From Lama guanicoe (Eukaryota): DNA of 64,000 nt. Both the position numbers and the translations under genes were made by a program. Shown here piece after piece: positions 38,763-50,540 of this stretch. The stretch is taken from NCBI GenBank assembly GCA_013239625.1, contig MU054187.1, forward strand, positions 6,521,757 to 6,585,756. Direction: 5' to 3'. The stretch's first letter is position 1. Every line of letters begins with the position of its first letter. The notes beneath the pieces were generated by a model. The model saw only the letters and a list, made by a program, of their open reading frames with translations, did not search any database and was not told where the DNA came from.

Positions 38763-39437
38763 AGACAGATGACTGAATAAAGAAGTTGTGGCATGGGGGC
38801 AGGGTATAGCTGAAGTGGTAGAGCACATACTTAGCATGCATGAGGTCTTGGGTTCAATCCCCGGTATTTCCTCTAAGTATAAACAAACAAACAAATCTAC
38901 TGACCTACCCCCTACCAAAAAACCCAAAAACTGAAGGAAAAAAAAGGTGTGGCATATTTATACAATGGAACACTACTCAGCCATAAAAAGAATAAAATAA
39001 CACCATTGACAGCAACATAGATGGACCTGGAGATCATCATACCAAGTGAAGTAACCCAGAAAGAGAAAGAAAAATATCATATGATACCACTTACATGTGG
39101 AATCTCAACAAAAAATGAGACAAATGAACTTACTTACAAAATAGAAACAAACTCACAGACATAGAAAATAAACTTGTGGTTACCATGGTGGAGAGGGAGG
39201 AGGTGTGGAGTGTTAAACTGGGAGTTTGGGATTTTCAGATACTAACTACTACATATAAAATAGACAAACAGCAAGGTCCTACTGTATAGCACAGGGAACT
39301 GTATTCAACATCATGTAATAGCGTTTAATGAAAAAGAATATGAAAAGGAATATATATATGTATAACTGAATCACTATGCTGTGCACCATAAACTAATGCA
39401 ACATTGTAAATCAACTATACTTCAATAATAAATAAAT
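38763..39437 (+). mobile_element. 5'-truncated L1 3' end (ORF2 C-terminus plus 3'UTR) split by the SINE
   Basis: acagatgactgaataaagaag...tacaatggaacactactcagccataaaaag...ctgtatagcacagggaact...acattgtaaatcaactatacttcaataataaataaa. Confidence 0.88.
38795..38941 (+). mobile_element. Vic-1-like tRNA-derived SINE (camelid type)
   Basis: gggggcagggtatagctgaagtggtagagcacatacttagcatgcatgaggtcttgggttcaatcccc has Pol III A and B boxes, followed by an A-rich tail and a flanking TSD. Confidence 0.8.
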
Positions 39438-39865
39438 TTTAAAAAACCAAAATGTGTTGACCCCAGTTAGGGGAATCAACTAGCCCATCAATCGGCAAGT
39501 GTCTTTCCCTGGGACCTACTGTTTTGGTCTCAGGATGGAATAAGGAGCTAGTTCTGAAAACTGTGAAAAAGGTGCTACACATGTTGTCAGAATTTGGGGG
39601 ATTCCAGAGAGCCCCATCTCTGAAGAGCCTTCGAAATCCTTTTCCAATCCCATCCTCCACAGCCTCGATCACCCAGAAAGTTCAGCTATTGTCCTGATCA
39701 CCCAGTACAGAGGGCTGCCGCGGGAGGGCAGAGAAGGAGGGGCAGGAGAGAGATCGCGTGCTGAGGGCTGTGGGAACTGAAGCCTTGGTTCCCTGAAGCC
39801 ATGAAGAATCCCGTCTAACCTGCGATGTGTGCTGACTGCTGTGTGTTTCTCTCTTTCTGCCCCAG

Positions 39866-39976
39866 GACAGCTTTCCTGCCCGCTTCGGAGGAGTCCATTT
39901 TGTCAACCAGCCCTGGTACATTCACGCCCTGTACACGCTCATCAAGCCATTCCTTAAAGACAAGACCAGGAAACGG
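39866..39976 (+). CDS. CLVS1: Clavesin-1 coding exon (111 bp): [37 protein letters not shown]
   Basis: ctctttctgccccag acceptor and GTAACG donor. Contains the CRAL-TRIO FP.R...H.VN.P...KPFL..K...R motif. Phase 0/0. Confidence 0.97.
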
Positions 39977-40544
39977 GTAACGAAAACAAATACCCAAAGT
40001 GGGGGATTCAGAGGGACAATTACGAAGCCCCTCCTCGCAATCTCTCTCTCGTTCCCCCTCTCTTTATTTTTCATCGTATTTTTTTTCTGCTTTTTTTCAG
40101 TCCTTGAGCATATGAGCCTCAGCTGGAGTTTGCAAATGGCATGGATTTAATCAATAATTTAGTAGAATTGGGATATTTTAGAGTCCCGGTGACAAACCAA
40201 AGGAAACATCGAAGGCATGCAAATACCAGATGCCTGTTTCACTGTGGATGCTTGTGGGAGATACCGGGTCAAGCAGCTTCCTGTTCATGGAATATTTTAA
40301 GAGCTAACATTTTGCCCTGCAAATGTATTATTGCTATGAAAACTGTTGATAATTTGTATTTTTCCCTGTGGCTCTTGGGTTATAGCTGCCAGCTCCATCA
40401 GCTTTGAGACTGGGAAAGCATCCTTCATTGGAAATAATCATGCCCTTTGGAAGAAGTTTTTTAAATATTGATGGCATCAGCTGATGACATTTGCGAAGCC
40501 AGAATCTTCCATCAGAGCTGGGTTTTTTTCATGGCATTCAGATT

Positions 40545-40710
40545 AGCTGAGAAACCACACATTCCTTAACCACTCTGAATCTCAGTTTCCTCATTTATGA
40601 AATGAAAAAACTGACACTCACATCACAGCGCGGTTGGGGTAATTCAATGAGGCAGCATAAGAAAGCGGGTAACATGGAGCCAGTCCTGGAGTAGAGACGC
40701 AGTGACCCTT
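40545..40710 (+). mobile_element. MIR SINE
   Basis: ccttaaccactctgaatctcagtttcctcatttatgaaatg. Confidence 0.65.
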
Positions 40711-41722
40711 ACTTCTCTGTACCAGTTAGCTCTCTTTTCTTATAAGCTTCTGATTCCAGCTCTTGCTTGGCTCAGCAGCCTCACTTCTTAAGGGAACCAG
40801 AGTCAGTCTTACAAAACTTTCCATAAACTTCTCTACCTCAGGAAGCCTATGCTGGGGAAGAGCTCCAAGCATTCAGCGGGAGAATGATGATGTGAGGGAA
40901 CCCCCAGTACACACTCTACAGGCTTCCTAACTCCTGGACCTCAGATGCTTCCAGGTCCTTAGGAAACACTGCAGTGGGGTATGGGAGCAGTAATTCTTCT
41001 GTCCCCAAATGAGCATGAAACTAGGAAATAGAATTCACCGGCCTCAGGAAGCAGAGACCGTCTGGGACAATTTGCAATCTGTCTGGGGCTCGGGACAGTG
41101 CTAAGTACAGAGAAGTGGTCTAGAATGTCCCCAGTTTGGCTTCACACTTCTCATTGGCTTCATCTTCTACTCTGAAAAGAGCCAATGGGAATTCCTCCCA
41201 CAAAGCAATCGACATTTGGTGCTGTGCAATCAAAGGGGGTTTCTGGAGCTCTGGGGTGCAGAGCAGAATCTGACAGGTGGGGAGTCCAGCCTCTGACCTG
41301 CGGAATCCCTCCATCCTACAGGACCCCCAGGAGAGGGCCAGTTCCAACAGTGTTCCTTTTCCTTTAAGAACTGGAGGTATTAGGTGGGTGGGTACAAATG
41401 TTTGCTCTTAACACCAGGATCGGGACTTAGCTCCAGCTTTTCCATGCTCCAAATACTCCAATTCCTCCTGTGAGATATTTTGCAAAAGCCAGAGTACGTG
41501 AATTTCTTGAAAAAAAATCATTGTTAAAATTCAGTCATACTCAACAATCCTGCGTACATTGCTTTCTGAGGTGCTACAGTATTCTTGTGAAGAGTTTTAG
41601 CACTTAGCTTCTTGTCCCCTTCCTCTTTAAAACAATGATGCCATTACATTGTAAGTTAAAATCTGTACAAAAGACAACATAGCAAGGGTTTATGATATAC
41701 TTATACAGTACATGGTAAAAGG

Positions 41723-42162
41723 CAGGCAATGCCTTGGCGATATTGTGGGTTTAGTTCCAGGCCACCTCAAAAAACGGTATTGCAATAAAGCAAGTCACGT
41801 GAATGTTTTGGTTTCCCAGTACATAGACGGTTGTGTTTACCCTATCCTGTAGTCTGAGTGTGCAGTAGCATTGTCTAAAAAAAAAAATACCTTAATTAAA
41901 AATACAAAACAACAAAAATTGCAATAGTAATATCAAAGATCACTGATCACAGATCACCACAAAAATATAATAATCATGAAGAAGTCTGAAATATACAGAC
42001 AATTATCTAAATGTGACACAGAGACAGGAGGTGAACAAATGCTGTTGGAGAAATGACAGCAATGGACTTGCTCGACGTAGTATTGCCATAAAACTTCAAT
42101 TTATAAAAAGCACAGTATCTGTGAAGGGCAGTAGGATGAATCACAATAAACAAGGGATGCTG
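41723..42162 (-). mobile_element. Internally deleted Tigger1 (both ends retained, about 440 bp)
   Basis: Left caggca..cttggcgatattgtgggtttagttccaggccac is the Tigger1 3' end in antisense. Right atcaaagatcactgatcacagatcacc...gacttgctcgacg...caataaacaagggatgctg is the Tigger1 5' end in antisense. No transposase. Confidence 0.8.
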
Positions 42163-43267
42163 CGGTATACAGTATGTGGCATAATATAATACGTATGTGG
42201 TATATTGCTGTGCTACGTGTGTTTTTAAAAATCTCACTTACATTTCATGACGGCTCAGTGTAGGGTGTGCGGGTGTAATTGATGGTCCTATATATGGGTA
42301 TTGAACCTGCAACATGGACAGTGGGGACTGATTCCATTAGACAGATGCACTTTAAATAAACTTTCAGAAGTCAGTTCCTAAATCATAGGCAATGCTAATT
42401 ATCACCTGGTGGCTTGTCCACTTGATGGACTTGTCTGCAAATAGTTGTTATTAGGGGCTGTTTCTTCCCTGTTTGACTAATTTCCATCACCATCCACCAC
42501 ATGTTTAGAAGATGCAGACTTGTTTGTGGAGGGGATTGGCTCTCAATCCAGACAAAAATAGAAAAATGCTGCAAAAACACCCCACCGTAAATTCTCAGGT
42601 CACAGCTTTCCATTCTATTGACTAAGCATTGAGTTTTTCACCCTGTGCCCACACCACCCTGGGACAGGGATGTTTTAAAAGAGTAAGAAAACACTGTCCC
42701 TTTTCCTGTATTCTGCTTTTCCTGTGGGGAAGCAAGACGTAAATGAACAAATCAGAAAAAAAACAAATAGAAGCCATCACATAATGAGGAGTTAATTGGA
42801 GGGAGGGTGGGGAGGGACAGGAGTGGGACAGAGTAAGGAAGAAGCTGTCGTGATGTAGGCCTGGGAAGGATGGGGAGGGTTGAGGGGGGTACAGAGGGCA
42901 GAGGGGAGCACAGAGCAATGTGGGGATGTCTGTGAAGCATGACTGGGGGCTGGGGGGTCTGCATCGCTACTGTTTTCATCCACAGGGATAATTAAGGGAC
43001 GACTGTATGTGTAAATTTGGGCCAAGGCCAAATAATACCCAATTTGTTCACGAACTTCACTTTCAAGGATTATTAATTCAGCCTCTTTTCTGAGCAATAA
43101 ATTAACATTTTATGAAGACTAAGCTACAGACACAAAATTGAATGCCATTTTAAATACCATGATCACCAGCAGTGTATCCACTCTGTCATTGCTAAATTGT
43201 GTGTTAGATTAAATGCTTTGTCATATGTTTTAGATATTTTAGTCGCTCATTATTTTTTTCTTTTCAG

Positions 43268-43503
43268 ATTTTCCTGCATGGAAACAATTTAAACAGCCTC
43301 CACCAGCTAATACACCCTGAATTTTTGCCCTCTGAGTTTGGAGGAACTCTTCCTCCTTACGACATGGGAACCTGGGCCCGGACGTTACTCGGTCCTGACT
43401 ACAGCGATGAAAATGACTACACTCACACCTCCTACAATGCAATGCACGTGAAACACACATCCTCCAACCTGGAGAGAGAGTGCTCACCCAAGCCGATGAA
43501 GAG
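43268..43503 (+). CDS. CLVS1: Clavesin-1 coding exon (236 bp): [78 protein letters not shown](R)
   Basis: tttttttcttttcag acceptor and GTAAGG donor. LP.EFGG is the Sec14-family C-terminal motif. Ends in phase 2. Confidence 0.97.
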
Positions 43504-45087
43504 GTAAGGCCTCCCAGTTAGAGGTTAATACGCGTTTTTGATTTGGGCTTATTGTGGGTTAAGTAATCGAAGACTTCTACAGGCGCAGAACTTGAACAGA
43601 ATACATTGCAATACATTCTCAGCTGATTTCACCAAAACTGAAAGTAAATGGGGCTTGGCTGGCCCAGAAATTCAGTTGTCCTCGTTGTATGAAAGAAGCA
43701 GTAGAAGGCTGGGACCTCACTTACGTCGTGATTTCAGTCCTCGTCTCTAAGGAGTCTGTTAATTCACAGCGAATGAAATGTGGGACCTTTGAGATACACT
43801 GGATGAAAAGCAACCTGCTAGAAAATGTTCCTCTCATCAGTGCATTTGGAACCATTTATTGAGCATTTACTTGGTCAAAGGCTCTGATTTAGGCACTGGA
43901 AGTACAAATATGAGTAAGACATCAAAAAAAAAAAAACAAATCAAAAACAAGAACAAAAACCAAAAAACCCAGAGAAGTGGGCCTTGGGAAAATCTGCCAA
44001 GTAAGGCTTCTAGGATCTATTTCTAAAGTGGGGGACATTTGAGCTGGGCTCTGAAGGACGAAAATCAGCAGTCCAGGCCGTTCAGAGCATCCTTTGACCT
44101 CTCAGAAACCAGAGGGGTGTGGGGAAATTGGAAGCAGAATTGGTGGAGACTTTAAAAGTCATCTCTTCCAGCTTCTCCCCTGATGTGGTGGTCTGTTCGC
44201 CAGCACAGGCTGTCAGCCAGCCCCAAGTCGCACGGTCCAGAGACGGGCAGGCAGCTGATGGGGCAGTGTGTGCCCTGCTGCATGGCTTTAGGAAGCGCGT
44301 CCTTATTCGGAGCCAGATGACCTGGGTCTGACCTCTGGAACAGCTCTGTAACTTCCAGTGGGTAGACACCGCCCATAGTCCTAATCCTTCCAGAGTTCCC
44401 TGTAGTCTTCAGGGAACTACTTCCATTTGTAGTCAAGTGGGCTTTTGTGACTGTCCTCGGGACCTACTCACTTTTCATAATGGGGTTTATGAACACAAAT
44501 GGTCTCTGAGTTCCAAGCGGCTCGGGACAACGCATTTCGGCACACGGGTAGAGTGGGATCCAAGATGTGTGAGATTCTCAACGAATGAGGGGTTCTGACA
44601 AGCTCTTTTTCCCCCAGGTAATTTTGATTCAACCTCTAAGAACAAAAACTTTGAAAAATTATTAATTTGGATGAAAATTTCTCTACACTAATTATTTCAG
44701 TGTTGATCTGTTCTTTGACATGATGATGCCTTTGTGGCTTTTGAGTGTGCGGCATTCTCTGCTGCTAGTGTTACTAGATAACCCTGGGTTTCATATTTTT
44801 AACTCTTGTTTTTGTTTTTTATTTTTTATAGTTTATTTCCTTGCTCCCAGGCCATTGCTATTATTATTAGATTATTATTATATTAATATTGTAATTATAA
44901 AATAATTGTTACGGTCTATTTCCTTGCTTCCAGGCCATTGGCTTTCACTTTCGGTTCTTAGGACTGTTTTTATGTCTGAAGCACCCCACTTCCTCCTAAT
45001 CTGATTTACTACTGGAGATGTTTTAGAATCAGAAAGTAGGTAACTAAACTTTTGAATACTGTCCAACAGATAACAGTAAATAGACTT

Positions 45088-45460
45088 TGTATCAGTTATA
45101 ATTATTTGGCTGTGGATATGACAAAACTCCAACTGAGCTGCTTTAAAGAATAAGGAAAATGTATTATTTCACATAATGAGAAGTTGCAAAGCAAGGTGGC
45201 TGCAGGAATGTTGATTCCAGTGGCTCAGTGGTTGCAGCCAGAACCCAGGTTCCCACCATTATGTGCATGGCTGGAGTCCACCCTGATTCACACTGGAGGG
45301 CGATGTCCAAACCGAAGGAGCTTCTGCTGCCTGGGAAGGTGGAGGGAATGGCTTGGGATGGGAACCAGCAACCTAAGCCAGGGCGGCCAGGGAGAGAGAG
45401 AGTCTGTTTTGGGCCGTCCTCTCACTGTTCTTGAGTGGGTTCCTCTTGGCTAAACCACTG
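45088..45460. mobile_element. MLT1-type solo LTR remnant
   Basis: tgtatcagtt...tttggctg...tttaaagaataagg...atttcacataatgagaagt. Confidence 0.5.
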
Positions 45461-45768
45461 CGGACAGCTTCTGTCTGCAGGATAAACACCCTGCACAAAA
45501 ACTGTATATAAGATGTTAAAGTTGCATTTAAAATACATTTCATCCTTCTCCTTATTATCAGGAACTTAGGAGATTTCAGAGCTGGAGAAGGTCCTTAAAG
45601 GCCATCCAGAGGCATTGTTCCCCTTATGGTTGTGTGTGTGTCTGTCTGTGTGTGTGTGTATGTGCGCCCTGTGGTGTCCATGTTGGGTACTGAGGACACT
45701 GCATTTATTACATCACCACAAATTCATGTTGCCATGCTGGAATCTGTTATTTCACGGAATTCTCCCAC

Positions 45769-45866
45769 CTAAGATCTTTTTTTTTTTTAAACTAGTTCAT
45801 TCTTTTTTAAAATTTTTTATTGAAGTATAGTCAGTTTACAATGCTGTATCAGTTTCTAAGATCTTT
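45769..45866 (-). mobile_element. Very short L1 3' terminus with 11-bp TSD
   Basis: CTAAGATCTTT at 45769-45779 and 45856-45866 flank poly-T and tttattgaagtatagtcagtttacaatg. Confidence 0.75.
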
Positions 45867-47119
45867 AATTTTAATAAAAACTAAATTACTTAATGTTTAA
45901 CTTAAGTGTTAGTCTTTTAGGTGGTAAATTTCTGTTAAATTTTATGGACTATTAACAACAATGTAAAGATACCGCTCCCTCCCCTTGCCCATCACTGCTC
46001 ATGTGGAACAGCTGGGAATACAGCGCAAGTCTCCCAACTTTGAGTCTGGGGATGTTGGATTCGGCCACACTGCTCGCTTCTTCCAAAAGTGTGATGTCTT
46101 GCACGTGGCAGGTGCTCCATATGCATTTAATATTTTTTAGTTAAAAAATATCCAAGTACATGGTACACAGTTATGCCCTTTTTCACTGGTACTGAGATTC
46201 TAAAAAATATCTCCTTTCCTCTAAGTACCATTGCTAAGGTCCTGAGAAGTCCTGCAGTGAAAAGAAGCTGCATCACCCAAGCTATTTGACCAGAGAAGTC
46301 TTTCTGAGTAGAGCCCCTGTTGACATGCCACAGTACACTTGTCTCCCAGAGGCTAGAGGATGGAAAACACCGCTCCGGTATTTGAGATAGAAAGCCAGGA
46401 AGCTGATTTAAGTTCATGGAACTGGGCTGAACTGTGACTCACAATTTCCATCCTGTTTCCTGGAAGCCCCCTCACCGCGTGCTCAGCTGTGCCTGCATTT
46501 TGATCTGGGCTCCGTCTGGCATCCCTGCTGTACAAGGAAAGGGATTGTCACTATCATTCTTATGTGCTATCTGGGGCTCCAGGCTCATTCAGCTCATTAA
46601 TTGTCCAAATAAACATTCAGGTCTCAGCCCTGAAACTCCAGGCCTGATGACGGTTGGAGCCATGGTTCCTCCTGAGAAGCCAGAAAATCACCGTGGGCAG
46701 AAAAGCACATTTTCTCTTTCCTTGTACAACCAGTGAGCTGAATGAAGCCTGATAACTAAATCCATCCCGTGGCACAGCCGCCCAGCCACGAAATGGAGTC
46801 ACTCTGAAGAAAAGCAGAGCCAAGTGTGACTTTGGAGATACCTGGGGCGGTGTGTCAGCCTGGCCACGTCCTTCGACAGGTACTTAGGGAGACCTCCTCA
46901 GTGCTGCGACCACAGGCCCCTGGATTTCACGGAATCAAAAAGACCAGTGTGAGCAAAGCACCTCAATGCAAAAAGTGGCAATATCACCCTGTCCACATAG
47001 AAGAGCACACCCAGAACGTTTTGGTTATTAATTCTGCGCTGACTGTCTAAGTTGGCCTGACGTGACCATGATTCTGCTGCCTTCAGTGTGTATTACCATG
47101 TAAAGATGTTTGTTCCCGG

Positions 47120-47151
47120 GATTGATTGATTGATTGATAGATTGATTGATT
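47120..47151. repeat. (GATT)n microsatellite
   Basis: gattgattgattgattgatagattgattgatt. Confidence 0.9.
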
Positions 47152-49979
47152 TTTAGCTATAGATAGCACCATTCATGTAGTCAAAGCTGTCCATTTGTGT
47201 AATTTCCAGTAATTTGAGGGGTTTTGGATGCAGCCTGATTATAGACAAGGTTTGGCTGAGTATATGCAATAACTCCGTTGTTTTTTTTTTAATTGTTAAA
47301 TCTTTAGAACTAATGAGGAAGACAGAAAATTATTTATAGAGGAAGAGGCTTTAAAAACCTGAGCTGCAACTCCACTGGCACCAGTAAGGAATGATCCACC
47401 TAGTCTACCTGGTATACTGGGAGGTCGGAGGGGCCAGTGCTTTGGGGTCTTGTCCAGCTACACGGTGGAAGGACTGTTTTTGATCCCTTTGACTAAACCT
47501 CTTCATCCATATGGTCCCTAAACTCTTGTCCTAGAAGAGGAATGGTGTCAGAGACACCGTGAGCCACCTGCTATTTTTGAAGGGGGTTGGGGGATGTGAG
47601 GGAACGCCTGGATTGAGTTCAGATTTCTGAACCAGAAGGAAACTTTTGGCCATGTTGTTCCCTCTTGGCTCCTGCCTGGGTGGTTAAAAAAAAAAAAAAG
47701 TCAACTTAACAGTCTTCAGCTGTCAGTAGAATTGGCCATGACCTTGGTGATCTTTCGGCATGCAGTCCGCGTTTTATAGGGTAAATGTACACATTTGCTG
47801 GATAACTGCTCATTTCCGGCAAAAGTAATTCATCATCATGAAATCCAATCCACACGAAAAGAATGAGGGGCGGCGGTGTGGGAACAGGAGGACCCTTGTC
47901 TTCTAAACAGTCAGGGCAAAAAGGGTCCGTTTTACCGCGTGGCCGGGAACAGATGTTCCATGTAGCTGCTACGTTCAATGAAGCTACGTAATGTATCATT
48001 TCTCGCTGAACGCCCAGCAGTCCCTGCTGCCCTCTGAGTCGTCTCGCGACTGCTTTACAGCTCCAGCAGGAGTGGGCTTCGTACCCTCGGGGTGTCACTC
48101 CTCTTCAGGCAGCTAATGCCTGAGGTGTTTTCCCTTCTAGAAGCAAGGACCTCTTGGGTGAGCCATGTGTGCCCGGTGTTTGGTGCCAGTTATTGGCTAG
48201 TGGAGTGTTGCGGGGATGGTGACAGGAGTTTGTTAACATTTATTAAAGAACCAGGAAAAATAGCTGTCTAGCCTCACCGTCATTTGTGCATCCGAGATGG
48301 ATATTCTGCTTTTATACAGCTTTCTTTGCTGTGGCAGAAATAAGGGTGCCCCTCTCCTTACAAACACATCTTATAGAGCCATGTACCATTAGAGTGAAGG
48401 AAAATCTATACCGTGGGTTCAGTGTGTAAGGACACGAAGAAGGCTAGATAAAATGTTGTGTGTGGGAACATGCCATTTTTTTTTTTAACAAATAACATGA
48501 CAGATGATGAGATGAGGAGTTCTAAGCCCCTGGCAGAGCAAAGAAGGAGGGCTGAATTAGAGGAAGAGGAACAGACACGGGTGTGACTGGGCGTTGTTTC
48601 AAATGCAAAGTGTTTGATGACTCAGAGTGTAGGTTCTGAAAAAGACTCCTGTTTGCTGAGGCCCCACAGTCAGATGCAACTACTTGGAAAGGGAGATGTA
48701 GTCTAGGCAAGAAAAACAAAGCCGGTTTATTTCCTGTGAACACACTGCTGTTGGTAAACAAACGTTTTGCCCGATTCCAGCAGATTCCAATAAAGCTGAC
48801 GCTGTTTGTACTCAACGTCTAGCCAGCAGCGCATCTCCCTTCTAGGCTTTAATGATCGTATGGATGAAACAAGTATTTGACGTGATACATGATAATAATC
48901 TCTTGGAAGTGTCAATCATAAAAACAATGTGGGCTTACAGAGAGAGCCACAGTTCCTTTTCAGGTTTAAACAAACCTTGTAGATTTTATTCAGGCTTAAA
49001 GTGTCCAGGCTAGGGTGTTGTGAGTTTTCACATCAAGGCCTTAAATGAGCATTGTTGAGCCTCCAGCATCTCACTGGAAACCCCTTCACGGCCCCCACCG
49101 GGATGTGGCTGCCCGTGTCCCTGTGCTGATGGTGATCAGGCCACTGGCCCTGCTTCACTTCGCCCCAGTGCTCTTCAAGATGGGCCTCAGGGATGCCAGG
49201 TGCGGGCCACCGCATCCTAGCCCCAGCCGCTTGCTTCAGCTTTGAGACTTTCGGGCAATGGTTACACTTCTTCTTGTTTATTTGTCTTCCCCCCACCCCC
49301 CAGTCTCCTCTTATCAGACTAGATGTAGGTTCTGGTCACTTTCTTCCACTGATTTTTCTAGTTACGTGACCCTGGACAAGTCATTTAACCGTGTGGAGTC
49401 TTGGCTTCCTCAGCTCTCAGGTGAGCATAACCTCAGAGGTCGCTGTCAGATGGCAGCGGAGGTGGGGCCTGTGCCCTCCGAGCACTACAGAGGAACAGGA
49501 CCGCATGGTAAACAGTGGCTTTCCTCCTTCCCCAATGTTATACATAAGGATTCCCATTTTGTTAGAATTTTAAATTCTTTCCTGGTGGAAGTTTCTCACT
49601 AACGATGAAAACTCCCAACCCCCTAACAGAGAAGCAGGCAATTAGCAGGCGTGGTGGCTCGAAGGGCGAAGCCTTGAAGGCCTGGTCAGAAGTCAGACTT
49701 ACACTGGCCTTTTCCCACTTAATTTATGCCTAGGGCAGGAATGTTATGCCCTTGGGGCCCTGCGCCTAGCATGGCCGAGCACAGGGGTGCTGAGCACAGG
49801 CGGCAAAGACAAGGAGGGAGGGATTAGAGACACAGACCCCTCTCTTCCTCTGTCTGCCGAGAAGGCCCTGTCTTCGCGGGGGCCCTGAATTCCCACCCCC
49901 AACCCTGTTCTGGGGTGGGCCTGCCCACTTCAGCTTGGACAGCAGTTACATCCTTACTGGTCTTGCTTTTTCTGTTTTT

Positions 49980-50140
49980 GATTCTTTACAAGATACTGAA
50001 TGAAGTTCCCTGTGCTGTACGGTAAACCCTTGCTGTTTGCCTATTTTATATATGGTAGTGTGCACCTGCTAATCCCAAACTCCCAGCTTGTCCCTCCCCC
50101 TACCTTCCCCTTTAGTAACCCTAAGTTTGTTTTCTATGTT
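49980..50140 (-). mobile_element. L1 3'UTR fragment
   Basis: ttacaagatactgaatgaagttccctgtgctgtac...gctaatcccaaactcc...aagtttgttttctatgt, the same family as 39200-39430. Confidence 0.75.
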
Positions 50141-50159
50141 CCTTGTTGGTCTTTGTTAG

Positions 50160-50540
50160 TGTTACTGTTGTGAAAAGATTGGCCCCCATCCCTGATGAGC
50201 CAAATAACTCAGAGACAGGGTCTTGGAGCTTAGAAGGAAAGAGGCAGCTTTACTGCTTTGTGGGGCAAAGGGGACTCATAGCAGGCTGGTGCCTTCAAAA
50301 CTGTGAACCCCTCTTGGGGATGGAACAGGGGTGATTATATACCCATAACTTAAGCTATAAAGCATCTGTAACAATCAACAAAATTATTTTCTTCTCATAA
50401 GACTCAGAGTGACGTCATGGTATCTCCAGGTGACCAGTTCTATAGAGGCTAGTGGTTGTCGCTCTTTCCATCTCTTTATCTTATAAATGTTGATTGGGAC
50501 CAAAGTTAAACAATGACCCAAAATGAATCACAGTAATCTT
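50160..50540 (-). mobile_element. Probable ERV solo LTR remnant
   Basis: Starts tgttact; gagccaaataactcagagacagggtcttggagc...agctttactgc (AGTAAA on the minus strand) resembles an antisense LTR U5/R region. Family not assigned. Confidence 0.5.

Noticed and set aside
38795..38870. tRNA gene
   Set aside because: The cloverleaf is degenerate and it has an A-rich tail and a TSD, so it is a tRNA-derived SINE.
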